From positions 188,347 to 252,346 of the forward strand of contig BOKZ01000001.1 in assembly GCA_016861245.1 (NCBI GenBank): a DNA stretch of 64,000 nucleotides. The letters are read 5' to 3'. Positions 39,170-47,568 of the stretch are shown here, in pieces (the first letter of the stretch is position 1; each line of letters starts with the position of its first letter). The position numbers and the translations under genes are program-made. This stretch comes from Patescibacteria group bacterium. GTDB taxonomy: Bacteria > Patescibacteriota > UBA1384 > 2-12-FULL-50-11. The notes under the pieces were generated by a model, which had not been told where the DNA came from, made no database searches, and saw only the letters and a list, made by a program, of their open reading frames with translations.

Positions 39170-40747
39170 ATGGCGAGGGATTTGCGCTCAGTTGTACGGA
39201 GCTTCGATCGACAGCAAGAAGAAGAGCAGGTTGCGCTCTTTGCGTCGCAGAAGGGCTTGCCGTACGTTAACCTAGTAAATTACCCATTCGTCGGTGATGT
39301 CTTAAATATTATCCCCGAAGAGCAAGCGCTTCAGTATCGACTAGTGGCGTTTATGCGACTCGGTCAAACTGTGCGCGTTGCCACTCCGGATCCGTTCCAA
39401 CAAGGCTTAGCCGAGACGATGAACGAATTGGGCGCTAAAATCGGCATTACATTCGAGCCGTATATCTGCTCAAACACCTCGATCGCTTACGCGTTGTCTC
39501 GATATCCGTTACTGGTACAAAAGCCAAAACCAACTTCGATCCAACAATCGACAAAAGAAGAATTCGCTACTCAGATTACCGGCCTTAAAGATCTCCAGGC
39601 AGCGATCGGTCGGGTATCCACTAGTGAGTTATTAGATACGATCATCTCCGGTGCGGTTGCGCTTGAGGCGTCGGATATCCACTTCGAGCCGATGGAGTCT
39701 TCTGTCCACATCCGATTCCGTATCGACGGCCGATTACTACCGATAATCGAGATCCCTGAAAAGTCGTACCACGCGTTATCGTCCAGAATTAAAACTGCTG
39801 CCCATATTAAATTAGATATTAAGAAAGTCGCTCAGGACGGCCGAATGACGGTCAAGATCGGCGAGACTCCGATCGATATTCGAGTTAACGCCATTCCGAC
39901 AACGTTTGGCCAAACTATCGAGTTACGCCTCCTTGCTAACCACGAAATGCTCTCGATCGACCAGCTCGGTTTTGCGCCAGCAACGCTCCAGGCGATTATG
40001 CAGTCGATCGCCAAACCAGAAGGCCTTATTCTTTTTACTGGCCCAACCGGCTCGGGTAAGAGCACTAGTCTCTACTCCGTCTTACAGATATTAAACAAAC
40101 CCGATCGCAAAATTATCACCTTAGAAGATCCTGTTGAGTACCGGTTGGATGGGATCGAGCAGGTTCAGATCGAACCAGCAGGCGAGACGATTAGCGTTAG
40201 CCATAAAGGGAAGGACGGTCAGACCAACGAGCAGGTTAGCACCGGCGCCTTCGATTTTGCGCAAGCGCTTAGGGCAGCGCTGCGCCAAGATCCGGATATT
40301 ATTATGGTTGGAGAAATTCGCGATAAAGAGACCGCCGAGATCGCTGTGAACGCCGCGCTGACGGGGCACTTGGTCTTAAGCACGCTCCACACCAACAGCG
40401 CACCGGCTGCGTTTGCCCGTCTTATCCAAATGGGCGTGCCGAAATACCTACTTGCTGACGCAATTTCGCTGGTGGTAGCGCAACGACTTGTCCGTAAGCT
40501 CTGCCAGTACTGCAAGGGGACTGGCTGCGAGCAGTGCAACAACACAGGCTTTAAAGGTAGAATCTTGATCGCTGAGCACTATATCCCAGATCAACAGACA
40601 GTTGAGCTGATTAAACGAGAGGCGACGCTTGGCGAATTTGAGCAGCAATTTACTGCCGTAGGCAACAAGACGTTACTTCAAGATGGTTTGGAGAAAGTTT
40701 CTCAGGGGTTAACGACTGAAGCTGAGATTAGATCAGTAACAGAGTAA
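39170..40747 (+). CDS. GspE/PilB-family secretion/pilus assembly ATPase
   Basis: Walker A GPTGSGKST, Asp/His boxes, tetracysteine CQYC...CEQC motif, N-terminal T2SSE_N-like domain. Confidence 0.85.
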   Translation: MARDLRSVVRSFDRQQEEEQVALFASQKGLPYVNLVNYPFVGDVLNIIPEEQALQYRLVAFMRLGQTVRVATPDPFQQGLAETMNELGAKIGITFEPYICSNTSIAYALSRYPLLVQKPKPTSIQQSTKEEFATQITGLKDLQAAIGRVSTSELLDTIISGAVALEASDIHFEPMESSVHIRFRIDGRLLPIIEIPEKSYHALSSRIKTAAHIKLDIKKVAQDGRMTVKIGETPIDIRVNAIPTTFGQTIELRLLANHEMLSIDQLGFAPATLQAIMQSIAKPEGLILFTGPTGSGKSTSLYSVLQILNKPDRKIITLEDPVEYRLDGIEQVQIEPAGETISVSHKGKDGQTNEQVSTGAFDFAQALRAALRQDPDIIMVGEIRDKETAEIAVNAALTGHLVLSTLHTNSAPAAFARLIQMGVPKYLLADAISLVVAQRLVRKLCQYCKGTGCEQCNNTGFKGRILIAEHYIPDQQTVELIKREATLGEFEQQFTAVGNKTLLQDGLEKVSQGLTTEAEIRSVTE

Positions 40748-40758
40748 GTCTGACTACC

Positions 40759-40790
40759 AAAAAAGAGGGCCGAAGCCCTCTTTTCTTTTT
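40759..40790. terminator. bidirectional rho-independent terminator
   Basis: aaaaa-AGAGGGC-cgaa-GCCCTCT-tttctttttat between convergent genes. Confidence 0.65.
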
Positions 40791-40798
40791 ATACAATT

Positions 40799-41176
40799 TT
40801 AGCGTTCGCCCGTGAGGAATGTCCCAACGTAGCGCAGAACCAAGTAAGCAACGAGAATGATGATAATACCGATTAAGGCGTTAATAATCCCTTGGCGCGC
40901 GGTCTGGGCTTTACCGGCGTCACCGCCAGCGGTGATGTATTGGAAACCAGAGATAACTAAGTAAAAGAAGGCGACGATCGCAGCGATCGTTAGTACTAAA
41001 CCGATCACTTGACCGAGCAAGTTATTGAACCTGTTGCCAGCATCAGCTGCACTGGTTGGCTTAAACGGACGCAAAAAGTTAAAGTCTCCGAGCGTAAAGC
41101 CGCTGGTTTTGGCTGGGTCGCTGTTACCACCGAACTGTGCCTGCACCGTTGGTATTATGTATTCAGTTAGTTTCAT
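40799..41176 (-). CDS. VirB2/TrbC-like (T4SS-type) pilin family protein
   Basis: Two-helix hairpin with motif FQYITAGGDAGKAQTARQGIINALIGIIIIL; no type IV (class III) prepilin signal. Confidence 0.55.
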   Translation of the reverse strand: MKLTEYIIPTVQAQFGGNSDPAKTSGFTLGDFNFLRPFKPTSAADAGNRFNNLLGQVIGLVLTIAAIVAFFYLVISGFQYITAGGDAGKAQTARQGIINALIGIIIILVAYLVLRYVGTFLTGER

Positions 41177-41234
41177 TTATCCTCCCGTAATTAATCTACT
41201 CTTATTAAGAAATGAATTGTTCGCCTTGTCAAGG

Positions 41235-41603
41235 TTAGGCGTTTAAAACATTTTTTAGTAACTGCACGAGCAGATAGGAGAGCGTTGCGATAACTACACC
41301 TATCAGCGCGTACGTAATCGACTTCTTACCCTGTTCGACTTTTTTCTCATCCCCGAAAGCGGTCGTGTAAAGAAACGCCCCGTATAGCAAGTAAACAAAC
41401 GAGCCGATCGCTACGCCGAGCAGCAATAGACTCGTAAAATGGGTAATTGAGTCCGTAAGGCAGCTTGCCCCGGCGGTGCGAACCTTCTCTGGATCGGCAA
41501 TACACTCTGGAATAAGCCCGCCGCCAGTTAAAGCCGTGACACCGCTGCCGCTATCTTGCGCTGCCGCCGAACCGATCCCGAGTAGACTAAGAATTATTTT
41601 CAT
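41235..41603 (-). CDS. VirB2/TrbC-like pilin family protein (paralog)
   Basis: Signal peptide, two Cys, then FLYTTAFGDEKKVEQGKKSITYALIGVVIA core. Confidence 0.55.
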   Translation of the reverse strand: MKIILSLLGIGSAAAQDSGSGVTALTGGGLIPECIADPEKVRTAGASCLTDSITHFTSLLLLGVAIGSFVYLLYGAFLYTTAFGDEKKVEQGKKSITYALIGVVIATLSYLLVQLLKNVLNA

Positions 41604-42787
41604 GGCGCCTCCACTCTAATAACATATCTGGCTCCGGTTGAGGTCTTAATAATTACCTCGGCGGCTTCACCGCTTTGACCGTCTCCGGCGTAGCTAATAC
41701 CAAATAGTTGCGATTGTTGCCAGTTCTGGTCGTTGAAAGTAAATGTGTCTGGAGTAACAGTAACCGGTAGCTTGCCAGTTTTGGTAATCGTCACCGTCAC
41801 TTCTCCTGCCGGTGCGCTTAGCTGTAAGGCGAACTGTTCTGAGATCTGTGTGGTTAAGTCTCGAAGTAGAACGGTGCTTGGCGAGAAGTTGCTTGGATCA
41901 AAAACCAATATTGAGACACCGTTAGGATCGGCAGTAGCGCCAGAGGTAGCGGTGTTTTCGTTTGTAGTACTTGTGGAGTTATTATTATTGGCTGAATCAG
42001 GGATCTGAACTAGCGAGCCACGCTCGCCGATACCCGCAACGTAACGAACGGCAGCGAATGCTAGTAATGCAATGAGTATGCCAATAATCGCCCAGGTAAT
42101 ATTCTTTCGGGCTTTAGCCGTAACCGCCATATCGCCGCCAGATGTAATATATTGATAGCCGCTGTACATAATGCTAAAGAACGCACCAAGAGCGATTAGT
42201 ATAAGTAAGAGTTGGATCAACCTGTCAAACAGACCGCTTATTTCTAACTGCGAGAAACCCAGTCCCTTTAAGTCGTCAGTCGTAATGTTCTCAGCCAACT
42301 TTGTGGGATCACCGCCGCCTGAGCCGCCGGTGCCAGAACCGTTGTTATTACCGCTGCCGCCGTTATTTTCAGAACTACCTTCAACAGTAAATAGTATTTC
42401 TCGCGTCGATAAGCCGTTACCGGATATGATAATTCGCCCGCGTGCCCCGGGTTGGGCCGTCCCCTGGTACTCTAAAACAAGTCGACGACGGCGATTCCAG
42501 TCGTCTCGTGTAAAGGTTAAGTCGTTGCTGCCAGACCAGTAAAAAACGGCGGCGCCCTGGTGTCTGACTTCGAGCGTCACTGGGCTGCTCGGCGCCTCAG
42601 AGAGCGCGATATAAACCGGCCAACTCGATTGCCCAGCGTCTTTTGGCACCGTAAAACTACTTACCCCTTCTTCGCCGGTCGCTGCCTTAAAGATCCGGAT
42701 CGACGGCGCTGCCAACGCTTCGTGGGCAGGAAATTGGAGCGTAACTACACCAATAAGCGCAATGAGAGCGATAAGAATTTTTTTCAT
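41600..42787 (-). CDS. pilin-core protein fused to N- and C-terminal beta-rich extracellular domains
   Basis: Signal peptide; Ig-like domain; G/S/N linker; pilin core YQYITSGGDMAVTAKARKNITWAIIGILIA; S/T/N linker; C-terminal beta domain. 4-nt overlaps with both neighbours. Confidence 0.5.
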   Translation of the reverse strand: MKKILIALIALIGVVTLQFPAHEALAAPSIRIFKAATGEEGVSSFTVPKDAGQSSWPVYIALSEAPSSPVTLEVRHQGAAVFYWSGSNDLTFTRDDWNRRRRLVLEYQGTAQPGARGRIIISGNGLSTREILFTVEGSSENNGGSGNNNGSGTGGSGGGDPTKLAENITTDDLKGLGFSQLEISGLFDRLIQLLLILIALGAFFSIMYSGYQYITSGGDMAVTAKARKNITWAIIGILIALLAFAAVRYVAGIGERGSLVQIPDSANNNNSTSTTNENTATSGATADPNGVSILVFDPSNFSPSTVLLRDLTTQISEQFALQLSAPAGEVTVTITKTGKLPVTVTPDTFTFNDQNWQQSQLFGISYAGDGQSGEAAEVIIKTSTGARYVIRVEAP

Positions 42788-43080
42788 TGTAATCCTAGAA
42801 GCGGAATTAAAACTCGTATTAACAATAACAGCCCAAAACCAACAAGCGCTCCGACGATCATATCTTTGCCATCTTTAGCCTTACTCTCGTCACCGCCACT
42901 CGTTGCGTACTTGAATGCGCCGTAGACGATCATCAAAACGGCTAACGCCGCGGCGATATTTACTGCCAATTTAATTAGATCGAGAAAATACTCCTTAAAC
43001 GTAGTATACGTTCGCTTATCACCTGTTAACGGTACGTTGATCTCGTACGCTAGCGCCCGACTTACAAACCAGTCTAACAT
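42784..43080 (-). CDS. VirB2/TrbC-like pilin family protein (paralog)
   Basis: FKYATSGGDESKAKDGKDMIVGALVGFGLLLL core. Confidence 0.55.
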   Translation of the reverse strand: MLDWFVSRALAYEINVPLTGDKRTYTTFKEYFLDLIKLAVNIAAALAVLMIVYGAFKYATSGGDESKAKDGKDMIVGALVGFGLLLLIRVLIPLLGLQ

Positions 43081-44438
43081 TACGGTGTTACAAATATCTT
43101 GAAGCGCTCCGCCGCTGAGTCGGCGCTGTTTTGAGCGGTCTTCCCGAGTATTACAACTTGGCGGATCGCGTCTTGGAAGATCTCATCTGTCTGCTGCCAC
43201 TCAGGTTTTACAAATTGTTTTGCTGTTCTAAATTGAAGACGGACTAACTCCGCCGCTTCACTTGGCAGCTTGAGCGATGGCACAATAATTGTCGGGTTGT
43301 TGTATTTGGTCGCTGGTGGCTTATTAGTTTTTTCTGAGTATTTCTGCTGCACTAACTCGTTAGCCATGTATGATAGATAATTCCATGAGAGTTGCGGCTG
43401 CGTTGTTTCTGAGTTAACAATGAACGACCAAGTGGTGGCGTAATCAACTCGGTCTGTTTTTTCCTGTCGCTGGACCAACGGAACCACTCTAATCTCAAAG
43501 TTCGGATCTCGATTAAGTATGGTCTGTAACGTTGAGTAGTAGCCGATGAGGGCGCCTGTTTTTTGATTAACAAACGTATCGATCGGATTACCCATCGTAT
43601 CGTTCCAGGAGTAATTCGACTTATCGACTCTGGCAAAGCTGGTATAGAAATCTAGTACGTCGGTCGCCGGGAACTCGGCAACGCCGCCCTTAAATCTGGC
43701 CAAGTTAAAACCGACGTTCTTCTTGTCCTCGGTTAGAATAGCTACCTCGGCCTGAGTCATAAACGCTGTTAGCACGTCGCTTGGCGCGAACGTTGTGTCT
43801 ACTGTACCGAGTGCAATCGCGGAGCGCTGAATCGTTGCTTCCTTGCGCTGGCTAACTACTGCGCTCTGGCTTGATAGGTCGCTCCAAGTGGTTGGCGTAA
43901 CCCCGAGAGTCTTTTTTCCAGCCTCGTCAGCGGCGTTGGCGACGTTATTATAAAAATCTAAATTATAAAGCATCATCAGCGAGTCGGCTGTGAGCGGGAT
44001 ACCGTATAACTTATTCTCAAACACGTTTAGGTCCACCAGTGCTGGTTCGATTTTAGTTTTAGCTAGCGCGATCGGATCTTCCTCGGGGTTTGAGACCACT
44101 GCCGCCAAGCTTTTTGGTGCGTGCTTCGGAATCCAATCGTTTCGAACTAACCAAATATCAGGGCCGTCGCCGTCGGCGATGGCGTTAACTACACGCGCCT
44201 CGTACTCCTTGGCATCTTTGGCGTCGATAAACTCAAATTCCAAACCAACACCTGGGTTGGCGTCCGTAAAGTCTCTCGATATCTCCTGGTAAATCTTCTT
44301 TTCGTCAAACGGCGACCAGATTTTGAGCACTTTGTCTTTAGGCGCAGAGTCGCCGGCGCTCCGTACGAGAAAAATAATTAGCGCCGTTATAACAGCGGCT
44401 CCGATAAGACCAAGTAGTAATAAAACCCCTCGCTTCAT
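43080..44438 (-). CDS. extracellular solute-binding protein (ABC-type family 1-like) with N-terminal anchor
   Basis: N-terminal TM/signal, LKIWSPFDEKK...DGDGPDIWLVRNDWIP pattern typical of sugar SBPs; abuts the first pilin gene. Confidence 0.65.
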   Translation of the reverse strand: MKRGVLLLLGLIGAAVITALIIFLVRSAGDSAPKDKVLKIWSPFDEKKIYQEISRDFTDANPGVGLEFEFIDAKDAKEYEARVVNAIADGDGPDIWLVRNDWIPKHAPKSLAAVVSNPEEDPIALAKTKIEPALVDLNVFENKLYGIPLTADSLMMLYNLDFYNNVANAADEAGKKTLGVTPTTWSDLSSQSAVVSQRKEATIQRSAIALGTVDTTFAPSDVLTAFMTQAEVAILTEDKKNVGFNLARFKGGVAEFPATDVLDFYTSFARVDKSNYSWNDTMGNPIDTFVNQKTGALIGYYSTLQTILNRDPNFEIRVVPLVQRQEKTDRVDYATTWSFIVNSETTQPQLSWNYLSYMANELVQQKYSEKTNKPPATKYNNPTIIVPSLKLPSEAAELVRLQFRTAKQFVKPEWQQTDEIFQDAIRQVVILGKTAQNSADSAAERFKIFVTP

Positions 44439-44480
44439 ATACAGCTAGTGTAGAGCGAATACCGCTACTCGGCAACGGGA

Positions 44481-44864
44481 CTACCCAACCTGAACCTTAA
44501 GTACTCGGGTTTTGGTTTTCTCTTGTTTTGGAATCTTAATTGTGAGAATTCCGTTTCGAAGCGACGCCTCGGCTTTAGCTGCGTCTACAGATACTGGAAG
44601 GATGTAAGAGCGCATAAACGAGCCCCAGTAGCACTCTTGGACAAAATAGTTCTGGCGCTCAACGTCTGCCTCGTTACGACGCTGCCCCTTAATTGTTACA
44701 ACCTCATCAGTAATCGAGATCTCAAGATCTTCAATACTAACACCGGCGATTGGTGCCTTTAGTACAACGTTGTCCTCATCTTGATAGGCGTCGATCGCTA
44801 GCTGACCTTCTTCTGATTCGTCTTCGAGCCACTCCTCAGTAATGTGTTCTTCTTTACGTGCCAT
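44481..44864 (-). CDS. Hsp20/alpha-crystallin small heat-shock protein
   Basis: alpha-crystallin domain, GILTIKIPK C-terminal motif; start trimmed to MARKEE (44864). Confidence 0.85.
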   Translation of the reverse strand: MARKEEHITEEWLEDESEEGQLAIDAYQDEDNVVLKAPIAGVSIEDLEISITDEVVTIKGQRRNEADVERQNYFVQECYWGSFMRSYILPVSVDAAKAEASLRNGILTIKIPKQEKTKTRVLKVQVG

Positions 44865-44911
44865 TATAGATATATTATCCACTTGGGCGTACAAGTAAGT
44901 CAAGGAAAAAT

Positions 44912-45595
44912 ATGCTAAGAGCTCGTCAAAGTCGGTCGGTACTCGATTGGTTTAAGCGTTTACTATTTCCTGTTTATTGTCTGGGCTGTGGCTCCGAATC
45001 AGACTGGATCTGCCCACAGCGCCTGAAACAGCTGGAGATTATGAGTGATCGTCGCTGCGCGATATGTAAAAAGGCAGCGATCGGCGGGCTGTGCCCTAAG
45101 TGCCGGAAATTAACCCAACTAGACGGCGTTATCGCGCCGCTCGACTATCAGAACCCGTTAATAAAACAGGTGTTAAGTACTGCTAAGTACGACGGTGGGT
45201 GGGACGCTATTACCTGCCTGTCGGCTGCGCTGCACGAAGAGATAATCCGGCGACTACCAGAAGGTGATTGGTACTACGCTTATATTCCACAAACGAAACA
45301 ACGAAGCGCTAAGCGCGGGTATAACCAGTCGGAAATTTTTACTAAGCTACTTGCCAACGAGAGAATATTTCTGGGAATTAAGAAAATAAGAGAGACCGCT
45401 GCTCAGGCAACATTAACAAAGGCCGAACGCAGAACTAACTTGAAGAATGTGTTTAAGGTTGTTAATAAACCGCCTGAAGAGATCGTGCTTTGCGATGACG
45501 TTATTACCACTGGTAGTACTTTATCAGCCGTAGTAAGGCCGTTAAGAAAGGCGGGCGCAAAACGCATTTGGGCGATCACTCTGGCTCATGATTAA
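44912..45595 (+). CDS. comF: ComF-family phosphoribosyltransferase-domain protein
   Basis: N-terminal Zn-finger CLGCG...CAICKK...CPKC; C-terminal PRTase motif VLCDDVITTGSTL. Confidence 0.8.
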   Translation: MLRARQSRSVLDWFKRLLFPVYCLGCGSESDWICPQRLKQLEIMSDRRCAICKKAAIGGLCPKCRKLTQLDGVIAPLDYQNPLIKQVLSTAKYDGGWDAITCLSAALHEEIIRRLPEGDWYYAYIPQTKQRSAKRGYNQSEIFTKLLANERIFLGIKKIRETAAQATLTKAERRTNLKNVFKVVNKPPEEIVLCDDVITTGSTLSAVVRPLRKAGAKRIWAITLAHD

Positions 45596-45657
45596 CCTAA
45601 AAAGTAGTGACCCCACCCCTGATTTACGGTACAATACTCGAGTACCTTGCTCTTATT

Positions 45658-45744
45658 GGAGGCGTGGCTGAGTGGTTGAAAGCGACGGTCTTGAAAACCG
45701 TTGGGGGTGAAAGCTCCTCGTGGGTTCGAATCCTACCGCCTCCG
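45658..45744 (+). tRNA. tRNA-Ser (anticodon TGA), type II
   Basis: Manual fold: acceptor GGAGGCG/CGCCTCC, anticodon stem ACGGT/ACCGT, loop CUUGAAA, T-arm GTGGG-TTCGAAT-CCTAC; GTGACC-17-TACAAT upstream. Confidence 0.85.
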
Positions 45745-45763
45745 CGACGACAAAGTCATATTA

Positions 45764-45784
45764 GCGCTCGTAGCTCAGCGGATA
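45764..45784 (+). repeat. 21-nt copy of the tRNA-Arg 5' end (GCGCTCGTAGCTCAGCGGATA) without a tRNA body
   Basis: Identical to 45841-45861; what follows does not fold as a tRNA. Confidence 0.7.
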
Positions 45785-45840
45785 CTGCAAGTATTCGTTC
45801 CGCCCAAGCTACTAACGCATTCGTTCATTACTTCACTCAT

Positions 45841-45913
45841 GCGCTCGTAGCTCAGCGGATAGAGCGTCCGGTTGCGGTCCGGGAGGCCACAGGTTCGATT
45901 CCTGTCGAGCGCG
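45841..45913 (+). tRNA. tRNA-Arg, anticodon read as GCG (unusual; needs confirmation)
   Basis: Manual cloverleaf: acceptor GCGCTCG/CGAGCGC, D-stem GCTC/GAGC, anticodon stem TCCGG/CCGGG, loop UUGCGGU (G37), T-arm ACAGG-TTCGATT-CCTGT. Confidence 0.65.
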
Positions 45914-45922
45914 CTAAACAAT

Positions 45923-45947
45923 AAGCCCACTTCTGTGGGTTTTTTGT
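45923..45947 (+). terminator. rho-independent terminator after tRNA-Arg
   Basis: GCCCAC-ttct-GTGGGT followed by TTTTTG. Confidence 0.6.
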
Positions 45948-45980
45948 TTAATGTACTGGGCAGGAACTGAACACCTGGAA

Positions 45981-45998
45981 GATTCCTGTCGAGCGCGC
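45981..45998 (+). repeat. 18-bp direct repeat of the tRNA-Arg 3' end (GATTCCTGTCGAGCGCGC)
   Basis: Identical to 45897-45914; weaker similarity extends about 10 nt further 5'. Confidence 0.7.
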
Positions 45999-46001
45999 AA
46001 A

Positions 46002-46751
46002 TTACTTCTTTTTTGAACGAACTGTCACCGCCACTTTCGGCTTTGGAGCAACGAAGGTTTTCTGGATATAGAGCTGTTGGAGTAATTGGAACAGCGTTGA
46101 TGTTCCCCAATAGAGAGAGACGCCTGCCGGGAAGCTAAGCGCGAAGAAGTATGTCATTAACGGGAAGAGAAAGACAGACTGTTTCGAGATCATCACCATC
46201 GGATCTTTCGGATCGTTCGACACCGGTGGGTTTATCTTTTGCATATGGCGGGCTTGGAAGAATTGTAGGGCAGCGATTATTAATGGGAGGAAAATCCGAT
46301 CTGGTTTAGAGAGATCCAGGCCGAGGAAGTGAGTGTTTATAGTATCGAGATGCGGCGTAAACGAGTAGATAATGTCTGGTCGAATATCCTTCAAGCCGGC
46401 CACAAACACGTTGTAAAGGATAAGGATAACCGGCAATTGAATTAAGAGAGGTAAACAGCCCGCAAGCGGGTTCACGCCGTGCTCTTTGTAGTAGGCCATT
46501 AAAGCTTGGCTTTGCATCGCCCGGTCGTCTTTATACCGCTCTTGAATCTTCTTCAGCTCTGGCTGATGAACCCGCATTTGTAGCGGCGCGCGGATACCCT
46601 TAACTGAGGGTGCCCAAAGTAGAACTTTTACGACAATTGTTAGGAGAATTATCGCCCAACCGATACTGTGCCCCGGCACGAGCCAGGCGAAAAAGATGAG
46701 CAGGTTATATAACGGTTCGTATAGAATCGTCTTGAAGAACTCTTTAACCAT
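46002..46751 (-). CDS. yidC: membrane protein insertase YidC (short, Gram-positive/CPR-type)
   Basis: YidC/Oxa1 core (…LLIQLPVILILYNVF…); 249 aa. Confidence 0.85.
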   Translation of the reverse strand: MVKEFFKTILYEPLYNLLIFFAWLVPGHSIGWAIILLTIVVKVLLWAPSVKGIRAPLQMRVHQPELKKIQERYKDDRAMQSQALMAYYKEHGVNPLAGCLPLLIQLPVILILYNVFVAGLKDIRPDIIYSFTPHLDTINTHFLGLDLSKPDRIFLPLIIAALQFFQARHMQKINPPVSNDPKDPMVMISKQSVFLFPLMTYFFALSFPAGVSLYWGTSTLFQLLQQLYIQKTFVAPKPKVAVTVRSKKK

Positions 46752-46762
46752 ATGGTGGAATA

Positions 46763-47005
46763 TTACTTTTTCTCGGGTACGGGGTCAAATCCGCCCGGAT
46801 TAAACGGGTGACATCGCGACACGCGCTTCAATCCTAGCGCTAATCCTCGGTACGGCCCGTGGCGTTTTACCGCCTCTTTTGTGTACTCAGAGCAAGTTGG
46901 GTGGTGTCGACAAGCTCCTGATGGGAAGAAGATTCTTAATAGGCCATGATCCGGTGAAAGCGTCCGCTGATAAAGTTCGATTAACCAGACTACAGCGATC
47001 GCCAT
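46763..47005 (-). CDS. yidD: membrane protein insertion efficiency factor YidD
   Basis: CRHHPTCSEY...CHPFNPGGFDPVP signature. Confidence 0.85.
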   Translation of the reverse strand: MAIAVVWLIELYQRTLSPDHGLLRIFFPSGACRHHPTCSEYTKEAVKRHGPYRGLALGLKRVSRCHPFNPGGFDPVPEKK

Positions 47006-47319
47006 TGTTTAATAATTGGCTGAAAGTATCGATACGGGCTGGATGGATCGTCTGGTAGTCGAGTAATGGTTATTACAACGTCTTCACTAAGTGGTAGTTG
47101 TTGATAGGGCTCAAGGATCGCCAAAACGCTTCGTCGAATTTTATTACGAACAACCGCCTTTTTACTTACTTTTTTAGAAACAACTACTGCAAACCTAGGA
47201 ACTCCTAAAGAGTTGGTTAGTTGAGTAACACTAATCGATTCGTAGTTACGACGCTTTCCTTCTTTAAAGACGCGTAAAAAATCGGCCTGTTTTTTCAGGC
47301 GGTGCTGGCGTTTAAGCAT
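46990..47319 (-). CDS. rnpA: ribonuclease P protein component
   Basis: Basic RnpA fold motifs; position between rpmH and yidD. Confidence 0.85.
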   Translation of the reverse strand: MLKRQHRLKKQADFLRVFKEGKRRNYESISVTQLTNSLGVPRFAVVVSKKVSKKAVVRNKIRRSVLAILEPYQQLPLSEDVVITITRLPDDPSSPYRYFQPIIKQWRSL

Positions 47320-47329
47320 GGCGACACTA

Positions 47330-47449
47330 TCAAACCGCTAGACGAGCGCGCCCTTTGCGGCGGCGACGCTGGAGTACTACAACAGATCGACCACGAAAAC
47401 CGTGAACCTTATTGCGTTTGCGCTTATTTCCTTGATATGTCCGCTTCAT
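47330..47449 (-). CDS. rpmH: 50S ribosomal protein L34
   Basis: Not in the ORF track (39 aa). Translation [39 protein letters not shown] matches L34. Lies 10 nt upstream of rnpA. Confidence 0.8.
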   Translation of the reverse strand: MKRTYQGNKRKRNKVHGFRGRSVVVLQRRRRKGRARLAV

Positions 47450-47539
47450 TTAATCTTCGTTTGATTATTATTGTTCTGTAATTGTACTATTTCTCGAGAA
47501 GTAAAGCAACGATTAACTCCTATACTTCTGATTGACCCC

Positions 47540-47567
47540 TGTGGAAAACTCCTGTATTTTACCCACA
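47540..47567. promoter_or_regulatory. two DnaA-box-like 9-mers (TGTGGAAAA, TTACCCACA) just upstream of dnaA
   Basis: Each matches TTATCCACA/TGTGGATAA at 8 of 9 positions; opposite orientations; the second ends 1 nt before the dnaA ATG. Confidence 0.4.
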
Positions 47568-47568
47568 G

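Noticed and set aside
40799-43080. Type IV pilus (T4P) major or minor pilins
   Set aside because: None of the four proteins has the class III prepilin leader and conserved Glu5 motif (G/FTLIE). The two-helix core fits VirB2/TrbC-type pilins instead.
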